A stretch of DNA of 49,898 nucleotides from an uncultured Bacilli bacterium (lineage in GTDB: Bacteria > Bacillota_I > Bacilli_A > RF39 > UBA660). Below, piece by piece: positions 1 to 8,317 of this stretch; within the stretch, counting starts at the first letter, position 1; each line of letters opens with the position of its first letter. The notes under the pieces are model-generated. The model was not told where the DNA came from. It did not search any database and saw nothing but the letters and a program-made list of their open reading frames with translations. The position numbers were made by a program, and so were the translations under genes. The DNA lies in NCBI GenBank assembly GCA_944363855.1, contig CALVVM010000035.1, positions 1-49,898 on the forward strand. The letters run 5' to 3'.

Positions 1-146
1 TTAAAGAAAATGGCAATATGGAGATGGAAATATAAAGAGAAAAAGGTTAATATTAAACAAATTTTCTTTAAAATATTGAAAATATTAAATTTTTACAAAC
101 AAAAATTGATATGTTCATTCAAACATATCAATTTGTCAACAGTCTG

Positions 147-179
147 ATAAAGATAATTTATTATCTTTATTTTTTTTTA
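147..179 (+). terminator. rho-independent terminator-like hairpin upstream of the cluster
   Basis: Perfect 10-bp inverted repeat ATAAAGATAA (147-156) / TTATCTTTAT (161-170) with loop TTTA, followed by a T-run at 171-178. Confidence 0.6.
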
Positions 180-217
180 TTTTTATTATATAATATTTAA
201 GAATAGGAGGGATATAT

Positions 218-1783
218 ATGATATTAAAAAAACCATATGCATTTTTTATAAAAATGTTTAAACCTATACACTTAACATTAGCTATATTGGTTTTATATTT
301 AATTTCTTTAAGTAATGATGTACTAAAGTTTTTAAATGATTATATGTATTCTGCCGAAAGTGTAGCAAGCGAACAAGTAATTGAGTCATTAATAAATAAT
401 GCATTTTATATTATTCCTATTGTTATGATTATATTGTTTTTGATACTTTTAAGTATTATGTATAAGAAAAGCAAACCTGTAATATTTTATTTTGTAGGAA
501 TATTTTCTTTTATTGTGGTATTGGTAATAAATATATATACAATTAATTTTTTTAATCTTTTAGTTGAAAATATAGTCTCTGTTAAGGCGATTAAATTGAT
601 TCATGATTTAATTTTAATTAATGTAATATTAGAAAGTATTTGTTTAGTATTTTTATTTGTTAGAGGAGTAGGAATAGATTTTAAAAAATTTGATTTTAAC
701 TCTGATATAACTCAATTTGAAATAAGTGAAAGCGATAAAGAGGAATTTGAAGTTAATGTAAATATAGATTTTGCTGAAAGGAAAAGAAAAAGAAAAGAGA
801 ACTTTAGAAATTTTAAATATTTGTATGTTGAAAATAAGTTAATAATAAATATCTTTATTATAATTTCTTTACTTTTGTTAAGTTTTGAAATTATATATTT
901 TGTAGGAAAATATAATAAAGTTAATAAAGAAAATGTTTATTATTCAACGGATTCATTTGTTTTTAAAGTAAATTCCACAACGCTACTAAATACAGATTTT
1001 CAGGGCAATAAAATAACTGAAAATTACTTGTTAATAGTAGATGTTAATATAAAACCTAAATATTCTGATCAAATTATATATTTAAATGATTTTAGTTTGA
1101 GAATAGAAAATTTTCTATTTAAACCAGTTAAAAAATATTATGATGAGTTGATTGATTTAGGGATTTTATATCAAGAACAAATTTTAAATATAGAATATTC
1201 TGATTATCTTTTCGTATTTGAAATACCTGAAAAATATATTTCAAGTGATATGATGTTTAGATATAACAGTGAAGGTAATTTAATTAGTGTTTCATTGGAA
1301 CCTAAAACAATAAATTCAGAAGAAATTGTATTGGAAAAAAAAGTAGTATCTGAAACTTTAAAATTTCGAGAACCATTAAATGATATACAATTTAAAGTTA
1401 ATGATTTTGAAATAGAAAAATATTTTTTAATAAATTATAATTATTGCATTAAAGAAGATGATTGTATATTATCCAAGGAATATTTAAAACCTACAATAGA
1501 TGAAAACTATGATAAAGTTGTTATGAGAATTGATGTTGACTATGTAGGAAATAATGATTTGGGTGTGAAAGACTTTTATTCCCTATTATCTAATTTTGGG
1601 ATAATATCTTATAAAGTAGACGATGTATGGATTAATACATATAAATTTGAAGAAATTGTTAGTAAAAAAGTTTCATCAAAAAATAACGTATATATAGGAG
1701 TTAATTCTAATATTTTAAATGCAGATTCTATAAAATTAGTTTTTAATATTCGTGGTCAAAAGTATGAATATGGTTTAAAGTAA
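218..1783 (+). CDS. polytopic membrane protein with a large extracytoplasmic C-terminal region, function unknown
   Basis: 521-aa ORF with RBS AGGAGGG 6 nt upstream. The first ~160 aa hold several hydrophobic helices. A charged KRKRK linker and one more TM follow, then a ~290-aa beta-rich region. Confidence 0.5.
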   Translation: MILKKPYAFFIKMFKPIHLTLAILVLYLISLSNDVLKFLNDYMYSAESVASEQVIESLINNAFYIIPIVMIILFLILLSIMYKKSKPVIFYFVGIFSFIVVLVINIYTINFFNLLVENIVSVKAIKLIHDLILINVILESICLVFLFVRGVGIDFKKFDFNSDITQFEISESDKEEFEVNVNIDFAERKRKRKENFRNFKYLYVENKLIINIFIIISLLLLSFEIIYFVGKYNKVNKENVYYSTDSFVFKVNSTTLLNTDFQGNKITENYLLIVDVNIKPKYSDQIIYLNDFSLRIENFLFKPVKKYYDELIDLGILYQEQILNIEYSDYLFVFEIPEKYISSDMMFRYNSEGNLISVSLEPKTINSEEIVLEKKVVSETLKFREPLNDIQFKVNDFEIEKYFLINYNYCIKEDDCILSKEYLKPTIDENYDKVVMRIDVDYVGNNDLGVKDFYSLLSNFGIISYKVDDVWINTYKFEEIVSKKVSSKNNVYIGVNSNILNADSIKLVFNIRGQKYEYGLK

Positions 1784-1792
1784 GGTGATAAA

Positions 1793-2452
1793 ATGAAAAA
1801 GATTATATTATTTTTGTTGATTAGTATGTTTACTTTTTCTGCTTCTGCTTTAACATATGGTGGATGTAATTATTCTGATGTTTCCAGAATGAAATCGATT
1901 GTTACAAATATTAATTTATCTTATGATTATAAAATCATAAATAATGAGGCATATTTTGATGTAACTTTAAGTAATTTGACAGAAGATATATATTTTTATG
2001 ACACGATAACACAAAAAAACTATTATTATAGTGATACTAATAACGGAGAAATAATAATTTCTAATTACAAGCCTACTTCAGGTAGTTATAAATTTTATTC
2101 TGCTAAAAATGCTTGCTATGGTATATCTTTAGGAACTAAATATTATAATTTTCCTGTTTACAACAAATATTATAGTGATCCTCTTTGTAAAGATATTCCA
2201 AATTATAGTTTGTGCCAGAAATGGGGATATGTAAATTATTCACAGGATGAGTTTGAGAAAATGATTTCTGATTATAAAGATTCAAAACCTATAGAAAGTG
2301 ATAATAATATCAATGTAGAGTACAAGAAAACTTTCATTGAAAAACTTATTGATGTTTATATTAACTATTATTATTATTTTTTAGGGTTCTTAATCTTAGT
2401 ATGTAGTATTATAATAATAGTTAATAACAAAAAAAATCAATTTAAATTGTAA
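1793..2452 (+). CDS. secreted Cys-containing protein with a Sec signal peptide and a C-terminal TM anchor, function unknown
   Basis: N-terminus MKKIILFLLISMFTFSASA followed by GGCNYSD. Hydrophobic C-terminal helix YYFLGFLILVCSIIIIV. RBS GGTGA. Confidence 0.5.
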   Translation: MKKIILFLLISMFTFSASALTYGGCNYSDVSRMKSIVTNINLSYDYKIINNEAYFDVTLSNLTEDIYFYDTITQKNYYYSDTNNGEIIISNYKPTSGSYKFYSAKNACYGISLGTKYYNFPVYNKYYSDPLCKDIPNYSLCQKWGYVNYSQDEFEKMISDYKDSKPIESDNNINVEYKKTFIEKLIDVYINYYYYFLGFLILVCSIIIIVNNKKNQFKL

Positions 2453-2476
2453 AAGTTCCTTTTTGTGAACTTTTTT
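2451..2476 (+). terminator. rho-independent terminator-like hairpin
   Basis: AAAAGTTC (2451-2458) pairs with GAACTTTT (2467-2474) and runs into a T-tract, directly after the stop of 1793..2452. Confidence 0.5.
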
Positions 2477-2477
2477 G

Positions 2478-2506
2478 TTGTAAAAAACAAGAATGTATGT
2501 TAAAAT
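2478..2506 (+). promoter_or_regulatory. sigma-A-like promoter (TTGTAA-N17-TAAAAT with upstream TG)
   Basis: TTGTAA at 2478-2483, a 17-nt spacer ending in TGT, and TAAAAT at 2501-2506. A second TATAAT lies at 2526-2531. Confidence 0.4.
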
Positions 2507-2548
2507 TATTATGTATAGTAGAGACTATAATATTGGATAGTAGGTGAT

Positions 2549-2995
2549 ATGTTGAAAGAGTCTATGTGGGGATACGCTATTATAGTTTTAGGTATTCTTG
2601 CAGTAGGAATCATTTGGTTTTTTGCTAATACTACGAGAACGGATCAGCACAATTTTAATCTTCTCAAAGAAACTACAGAGGCTGCTTTGATAGATTCGCT
2701 AGATTTAGCTGCATATAGATTGGATGGAACTATAAGGATTGAAGAAGAAAAGTTTGTTGAAAATCTTATTCGTAGATTTGCTGAAAATGCCGATTTATCT
2801 AATACATATGTTATAGAAATATTTGATGTTAATACTGAACCTCCTAAAGTCAGTTTAAGGGTTTCTAGTAAAAAGGATACTACTGCAACAGGTGAAATTG
2901 TTGAATTTGATATGGTTAACAATTTAGATGCGATACTTGAGACAAAATATTATGCAGAGGAAAAAGAAGATGAGAATTCTAATGCTAAAAATTAA
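2549..2995 (+). CDS. N-terminally anchored pilin-like protein with an MKES..G leader
   Basis: 148-aa ORF. RBS AGGTGA sits only 1 nt from ATG 2549, so TTG 2552 (giving MKESMWG...) is the better-spaced start. A short polar leader is followed by the hydrophobic helix YAIIVLGILAVGIIWFF and a soluble domain. Confidence 0.45.
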   Translation: MLKESMWGYAIIVLGILAVGIIWFFANTTRTDQHNFNLLKETTEAALIDSLDLAAYRLDGTIRIEEEKFVENLIRRFAENADLSNTYVIEIFDVNTEPPKVSLRVSSKKDTTATGEIVEFDMVNNLDAILETKYYAEEKEDENSNAKN

Positions 2996-3094
2996 TATAA
3001 ACATTGTACATCAGTAAGTCGAACTTATTATACTAAACCAACTTGTTCTTGTGCTTCGTCACTAAAAAAATGTAATTGTTCAATTTATGCGAAT

Positions 3095-3292
3095 GTGCCA
3101 ACTAATGGTGTTATAAAAAATATTGATTTAAAAATAACAAATCCTTATTATGCTAGATATGTTTCAGTTAGTGACGTAAATCTAATTAAGAAAAACAAAA
3201 TAAGATTTACTCTTGAATCTCGCATTTATAGTTTTATGATAGAAGCAATTCAAACTAAAAAATATACTGTAAATTATGAATATTGTTATTAA
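3095..3292 (+). CDS. possible C-terminal continuation of 2549..2995 beyond an in-frame TAA, or an independent GTG-started small ORF
   Basis: Same frame as 2549..2995. The 99 nt between TAA 2993-2995 and GTG 3095 are open and Cys-rich (YKHCTSVSRTYYTKPTCSCASSLKKCNCSIYAN). There is no Shine-Dalgarno before 3095. Confidence 0.3.
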   Translation: MPTNGVIKNIDLKITNPYYARYVSVSDVNLIKKNKIRFTLESRIYSFMIEAIQTKKYTVNYEYCY

Positions 3293-3312
3293 AAAGAAAG
3301 AGGGAATAAAAA

Positions 3313-4176
3313 ATGAATAATTTTATGATAGGTTTTAAAAGATTTATTACAAATAAAAACGTTGTTACAATTTTACTAGTAATAGTGATATTAGTAGTTC
3401 TTTATTTTGGATATAGTGGAAGTATAAAAAAACAAACAAATCCAGTTAGTATGCCAGTTGCTGCTCAAACTATTAGGCCTGGAACTAAAATCACAAGTGA
3501 ACTTTTAGTTTATAAGCAAGTTCCAGCTGGAATGATTGATGAAAGTGCGATTAGAAACACTGTTAACATATTAGATATGTATACTAATGTTAATGTAACT
3601 ATTCCAGCAGGTAGTTTGTTTTATGAAGAATGGTTAGTAGATGAATCAAATTTACCTGGGAATTGGATTGAACAATTAGATTATGAAAAAGGTGAACTTG
3701 GATATTATATGGATGTTAATGTTGAAAGTACATTAGGTAATAATGTTTTACCAAATACTTATATAGATATATATATGAGAGCAACTGATGAAAATGGAAC
3801 TTCAATGTTTGGTAAATTAATGAAAAATGTAAAAGTTTTAGTTGTACACGACGGTAGTGGTAATAATGTTTTTGATGGAGATGAAAATGTTGGTACTCCT
3901 TCAAAAATTGGATTTGGTGTAAGCCAAGATTACTATATTTTACTTAAGAAAGCTGAAGCCTTAAACGACATAGAATTGGTTTTAGCACCTAGAGGATCAA
4001 CTGTTCCAGAACAAGATTCTATAGTTGTTACTAGTCAAACATTAAGAGATTATATAGATGCTCAAACTATAACAGTGGAAGAGGATATAATAACAGGGGA
4101 AATCGAAAATCCAACTGGAGAAGAAATTGTTGAAGATAACAACGTAGTTAATGACAATCAACAAGTAGTGGAGTAA
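3313..4176 (+). CDS. CpaB/RcpC-like Flp pilus assembly protein (N-terminal TM plus SAF-like domain)
   Basis: N-terminal TM VVTILLVIVILVVLYF followed by VAAQTIRPGTKITSELLVYKQVPAGMI, which resembles a CpaB SAF segment. Acidic C-terminal tail. Lies directly upstream of the Tad ATPase. Confidence 0.55.
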   Translation: MNNFMIGFKRFITNKNVVTILLVIVILVVLYFGYSGSIKKQTNPVSMPVAAQTIRPGTKITSELLVYKQVPAGMIDESAIRNTVNILDMYTNVNVTIPAGSLFYEEWLVDESNLPGNWIEQLDYEKGELGYYMDVNVESTLGNNVLPNTYIDIYMRATDENGTSMFGKLMKNVKVLVVHDGSGNNVFDGDENVGTPSKIGFGVSQDYYILLKKAEALNDIELVLAPRGSTVPEQDSIVVTSQTLRDYIDAQTITVEEDIITGEIENPTGEEIVEDNNVVNDNQQVVE

Positions 4177-4177
4177 G

Positions 4178-5299
4178 ATGAACGATAATATATTTGAGGG
4201 AATGGACTTTGGCCCCCTTAAAGAATATTTAGAGAATGATGATGTTACGGATATTTCTTATAGCAACAATGGGCAAGTTTGGTTAAAAACGTTATCTAAA
4301 GGGATATTTAGGATTGAAAATCCAGCAATAAATAATTCCTTTATGGAAAAATTAGCCTTTCAATGTTCAAATGTTATGGGAAAAAGTTTTAATGCGGCGC
4401 ATCCGTTTTTGGATAGTGAAAGTGCAGAACTTCGTATGAACTTTGTACACGATTCTATTGCAAGAAATGGTATTGCCTGTGTTATTCGTAAAACTCCTGC
4501 TAAAATACGTTTAGAAAGAAATAAAATATTAAAAGAAAAATATATAACTGAAGATATATTAGATTTTTTAATAACTTGTGTCCATGGACATTGTAATATA
4601 ATTGTCTGTGGAGAAACTGGTAGTGGTAAGACTGAATTTGTAAAATATTTAGCAGCCAATACACTTGAAAATGAAAAATTAATAACTATAGAAGATACTT
4701 TGGAATTACACTTGGATAGAATTTATCCAAATAGAGATATAGTTGCTATGAAAACAAATAATATAGCAAGCTATTCCGATGTTCTTGTCACTTGTATGAG
4801 ACAAAATCCAAAATGGATATTGTTATCAGAAGTTCGTAGTGCGGAAGCTGTAATGGCTGTTAGAAACTCAATTTCATCAGGTCACTACATATTATCTACA
4901 ATACATGCTGATAAGGCGGCGTCTATACCTAACCGTATGTATAGTTTGCTTGAAACTAATCAGGACATAGAACAATTCTTAAAATCTATTTATAGATATA
5001 TTCAATTAGGTGTGTATATTAGAGGTTATCAAGATAAAGTTTCTAAACGATTTGTAAGAGAAATTGCAGAAGTTACGGAATTTTATGTAACAAGAGATAA
5101 TGAAGCGAAATATAATACGCTTTATAAGAAAACCCCTGATGGGAAAGTTTATAGAAACAATCCTAGTGAATATTTAATTGAGTATTTGGAAGCTCAAGGT
5201 GTTGTGCTTCCAGAAGGCTTTGTTAAAGAAGAATATGAAAAAGATGGAAAGGTAGAAATAATTGAACAAACACAAAAAAATGAAATAATTTTTGAATAG
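4178..5299 (+). CDS. TadA/CpaF-type secretion ATPase (T2SSE / VirB11 superfamily)
   Basis: Walker A CGETGSGKTE, Asp/Walker B box WILLSEVRSAEA, His box LSTIHA. 373 aa. Followed by two T2SSF-like membrane protein genes. Confidence 0.8.
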   Translation: MNDNIFEGMDFGPLKEYLENDDVTDISYSNNGQVWLKTLSKGIFRIENPAINNSFMEKLAFQCSNVMGKSFNAAHPFLDSESAELRMNFVHDSIARNGIACVIRKTPAKIRLERNKILKEKYITEDILDFLITCVHGHCNIIVCGETGSGKTEFVKYLAANTLENEKLITIEDTLELHLDRIYPNRDIVAMKTNNIASYSDVLVTCMRQNPKWILLSEVRSAEAVMAVRNSISSGHYILSTIHADKAASIPNRMYSLLETNQDIEQFLKSIYRYIQLGVYIRGYQDKVSKRFVREIAEVTEFYVTRDNEAKYNTLYKKTPDGKVYRNNPSEYLIEYLEAQGVVLPEGFVKEEYEKDGKVEIIEQTQKNEIIFE

Positions 5300-5309
5300 G
5301 AGGGAAAAT

Positions 5310-6212
5310 ATGAATATAACTTTACTTTTTATAATAGTTGCTATACTAATTATATTTATAATTGTTTATAGAAGTAATGTTGGTGAACAAACTTATCAAT
5401 TTGTAAGTAGACAAGGCAGTAGATTATATAGTAAAGTAGCTCCTTATACATATAAAGAAATTAGAAAAAAAATAAAAGAATTAAAGCAAGATTATACACC
5501 ACAACAATATATAGGACAGTTAATCTTGTTTGCTGCTGGTGGTGGAGTAATTACATATTTATATTTTTACAATTTAGTAATTTCTATAATATATGCTTTA
5601 GTAGCAGTAGCTGCTGTTCCTTACATTAGGTATTTAAGATGCAAAAGACTTTATAGTGAATTTGTTTTTGAACAAATTCAAGTATATACAACAAACGTAA
5701 TAATGGAATTTGCTACTACTCAAAGTTTTGTTAAGGCCCTAGAAGGTGTATATTCATCAGGAGTGCTAGAGGATCCTGTTAAAGCAGATGTAAAAGTTAT
5801 GATAGATATGGCTTATGAAAATGGTACCATTAATCAGTCTTTAGAGTATATGAATGAAAAATATGATTATTATATGGTAAGAAATATGCATCAATTATTC
5901 CTTCAAATAACTAATGAAGGTAGTAAAGATTCTAGCGAATCTTTAGAAAATATGTCTCAAGATATAGATATGCTTGTTGAAGCTGTATATAGAGATAGAA
6001 TTGATAGAGAAGCCTTTTATAAGAAATTTGTTGTATTTGGACTTGTGCTATATATGATGATAGCCCTTGTTCAAATTATGCTTGGAGATACTTATCAGGA
6101 AATGCTTAATTTGTGGTATGTAAATTTAATGCTCCATATGATAGTTATAATTAATACGTATTTTTTACTTGCAGGTACTAAATTTTATAATGAGAATGTG
6201 GGGGCTGAATAA
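5310..6212 (+). CDS. TadB-like platform membrane protein (T2SSF-type)
   Basis: Start chosen at ATG 5310 behind RBS AGGAGGG; the track start at 5292 overlaps the ATPase. N-terminal TM, central TM pair and C-terminal TMs. The cytoplasmic helical region (FVKALEGV...GTINQSLEYM...NEGSKDSSESLENM) fits a T2SSF pattern. Confidence 0.6.
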   Translation: MNITLLFIIVAILIIFIIVYRSNVGEQTYQFVSRQGSRLYSKVAPYTYKEIRKKIKELKQDYTPQQYIGQLILFAAGGGVITYLYFYNLVISIIYALVAVAAVPYIRYLRCKRLYSEFVFEQIQVYTTNVIMEFATTQSFVKALEGVYSSGVLEDPVKADVKVMIDMAYENGTINQSLEYMNEKYDYYMVRNMHQLFLQITNEGSKDSSESLENMSQDIDMLVEAVYRDRIDREAFYKKFVVFGLVLYMMIALVQIMLGDTYQEMLNLWYVNLMLHMIVIINTYFLLAGTKFYNENVGAE

Positions 6213-7003
6213 TGGAATTTATAATAGTAGCAATCGCGGTTATAATTATATTTTTATATAACAAAATAATAGAACCAAAAGTTATAATTGGGCAAGTGAA
6301 TCCAGTGTTAAAAAAACTTATGGAAAAAGATTATGAGTTTTTACTTAGAGTTAGATATAAAGATTCTGATATAGATGTAGGAGCTTTGTTTTCTAGAAGG
6401 ATAAGAGATGGAATACTAATAACTGCAGTATTAATATTTATACTAGCAATTACAGGATATTTGAATTACATGTTTTTAATGTTTTGTTTTATTGCAGGGT
6501 TTATGGTATTTAAAAGTGGATATACTAAATTAAAAAGTTATTATAAAGCAAGATTACATTATATGGACTCTATGCTTCCATATTACTTGAAAAGTTTAGA
6601 GATACTTGTACAACATTATACTGTACCAGTAGCGCTTTCAAGGAGTATAGATACAGCTCCTGAAATTTTTAAACCAGGACTTAGAACATTGGTTGCTAAA
6701 ATAGATGAAGGGGATTCAACTATTCAACCATATATTGATTTTGCTAATGAATATCCAGTTAGAGATTCAATGAGGATGATGAGACTTTTATATCGTTTAG
6801 GATTAGGATCTAACGAGGATAAACATGAACAAATAATGATGTTTTCGAGAACTGTTTCCTCGTTACAAAATAAGGCTAGAGAGTTAAAATATAAAGACCG
6901 CCTAGAGAATATGGAAAAGAGAACAATGATGATGTTGTTCGTAACTGGTGGAGGAGTTTTACTTGTTTTATTTATGTCTATGACAATTATGATGGGAATT
7001 TAG
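6212..7003 (+). CDS. TadC-like platform membrane protein (T2SSF-type)
   Basis: TAATG stop/start overlap with the previous gene. TM helices flank a helical soluble segment (LKSLEILVQHYTVPVALSRSI...DEGDSTIQPYIDFANEYP). Confidence 0.6.
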   Translation: MEFIIVAIAVIIIFLYNKIIEPKVIIGQVNPVLKKLMEKDYEFLLRVRYKDSDIDVGALFSRRIRDGILITAVLIFILAITGYLNYMFLMFCFIAGFMVFKSGYTKLKSYYKARLHYMDSMLPYYLKSLEILVQHYTVPVALSRSIDTAPEIFKPGLRTLVAKIDEGDSTIQPYIDFANEYPVRDSMRMMRLLYRLGLGSNEDKHEQIMMFSRTVSSLQNKARELKYKDRLENMEKRTMMMLFVTGGGVLLVLFMSMTIMMGI

Positions 7004-7005
7004 TG

Positions 7006-7035
7006 TTGATAATCAAACAATTTTTGTGTTATAAT
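7006..7035 (+). promoter_or_regulatory. sigma-A-like promoter with extended -10 in front of the small pilin gene
   Basis: TTGATA at 7006-7011, an 18-nt spacer, and TGT-TATAAT with TATAAT at 7030-7035. Confidence 0.5.
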
Positions 7036-7070
7036 AAAAGTGTATAGATTATGAAAGTAGGTGAGAATGA

Positions 7071-7313
7071 ATGAAAGAAGCAGCAGGAGAAGCTAATATG
7101 ACAGTAATTACAATAGTTTTAATAGCTATAGTATTAGGTGTAGGAACAATTATAGTAACAAACTTAATGTCTTCTACAGCTAAAAAATCTGCTTGTTCTG
7201 AAATAGGTGGAGAACTAAGCGGAAACACTTGTACAGTAACTAAAGCAGGAGGAGCTAAAGTAAGTTATACTTGTTCAAAAGACAAGAATACTGGAGAATG
7301 GTCTTGTAAATAG
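7071..7313 (+). CDS. small Flp/type-IV-pilin-like protein with a 4-Cys C-terminal head
   Basis: 80 aa. Short polar leader MKEAAG, hydrophobic helix MTVITIVLIAIVLGVGTIIV, then a 40-aa segment with 4 Cys. RBS AGGTGAG 6 nt upstream. Has its own promoter. Confidence 0.5.
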   Translation: MKEAAGEANMTVITIVLIAIVLGVGTIIVTNLMSSTAKKSACSEIGGELSGNTCTVTKAGGAKVSYTCSKDKNTGEWSCK

Positions 7314-7328
7314 TATAGGAGGAAATGT

Positions 7329-7802
7329 ATGAAGGAAAGTATAGGATATACAGTTACATTAAATATAATTATTGTATTTTTGATAATTCTTTTTACTTTC
7401 CTTTCTGCAGCTCTTATTTATTTTAAAAGTAATAAAGTAAGTAATGTGATAACTGAAACTATAGAAAAATACGAAGGTTATAATACATATGCAAAAAGTG
7501 AAATTGGATCTAAACTTACATCTTGGGGTTATAATAAATATAAAGTAAATTGTAATAATTATTATAATAAAATAGGAAGTAAGGAAAGACTTAATTGCAG
7601 TAGTAGTTTAACTGATGGTAGTGAAGGTTATTGTGTTTTTGTATGTAGAGAAATGTTTGATGGTGAATGGTATTATTATTATAAAACTAGTACTAATATG
7701 ATGATAAATATACCTTTAATAAATGATTTGTTAAACATTCCTATATTTTCTAATACTAATAGGTTATATGACTTTGAGTGTCAAAGTGAAATATGTAAAT
7801 AG
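7329..7802 (+). CDS. pseudopilin-like (TadE/TadF-like) protein
   Basis: Leader MKESIG followed by the hydrophobic helix YTVTLNIIIVFLIILFTFL. Cys-containing soluble domain. RBS AGGAGG. Confidence 0.4.
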   Translation: MKESIGYTVTLNIIIVFLIILFTFLSAALIYFKSNKVSNVITETIEKYEGYNTYAKSEIGSKLTSWGYNKYKVNCNNYYNKIGSKERLNCSSSLTDGSEGYCVFVCREMFDGEWYYYYKTSTNMMINIPLINDLLNIPIFSNTNRLYDFECQSEICK

Positions 7803-7813
7803 GAAGTGATAAA

Positions 7814-8302
7814 ATGCGAGAATCGTTAGGCGGAAGTATGCTATTAAACTTAGTAGTTATTTTTAGTGGGTTAATTATAATTTTTTTCGTCGGAATTTTA
7901 TCATATTCAAAGGCTTATAGGGTTAAGAATAGAATTGTTGAAATAATAGAAAAATATGGTACTTATGAAAAAATAGATAGTTCAACTAATACAAATATTG
8001 TTACTGATGAACTAAACAATGATTTAAAAGCGGCGGGATATGAGACTTCACTTTCTAAAAAATGTGACACAATTAGAACTCGTTTAGTTAATGAAAAATA
8101 TGATAGTAGTTTGTCACAAAATATTAACAAAAATTATGGTTACAATTATTGTGTATATGAAATGAATAAAAGTACTAATAGTACAGGAAAATACTATGTT
8201 GTTGTGACATTTATTCATTTTCAAGTTCCAATAATAGGGGATTTTTTAACTTTACCTGTTTATGGTGAAACAAAAATTTTAGGAAAAACTTATGATTATT
8301 AA
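7814..8302 (+). CDS. pseudopilin-like (TadE/TadF-like) protein, paralogue of 7329..7802
   Basis: Leader MRESLG followed by GSMLLNLVVIFSGLIIIFF. Shares IVEIIEKYG / ITETIEKYEGY and the C-terminal IPLINDLL / VPIIGDFL motifs with the preceding ORF. Confidence 0.4.
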   Translation: MRESLGGSMLLNLVVIFSGLIIIFFVGILSYSKAYRVKNRIVEIIEKYGTYEKIDSSTNTNIVTDELNNDLKAAGYETSLSKKCDTIRTRLVNEKYDSSLSQNINKNYGYNYCVYEMNKSTNSTGKYYVVVTFIHFQVPIIGDFLTLPVYGETKILGKTYDY

Positions 8303-8317
8303 AAAAGGGGAGATATA

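Noticed and set aside
1-147. Open frame 1 from the left window edge to TGA 145-147, possibly the C-terminus of an upstream gene
   Set aside because: Only 48 codons are visible with no recognisable motif, and the 13-bp palindrome lies inside it. This is not enough to call.
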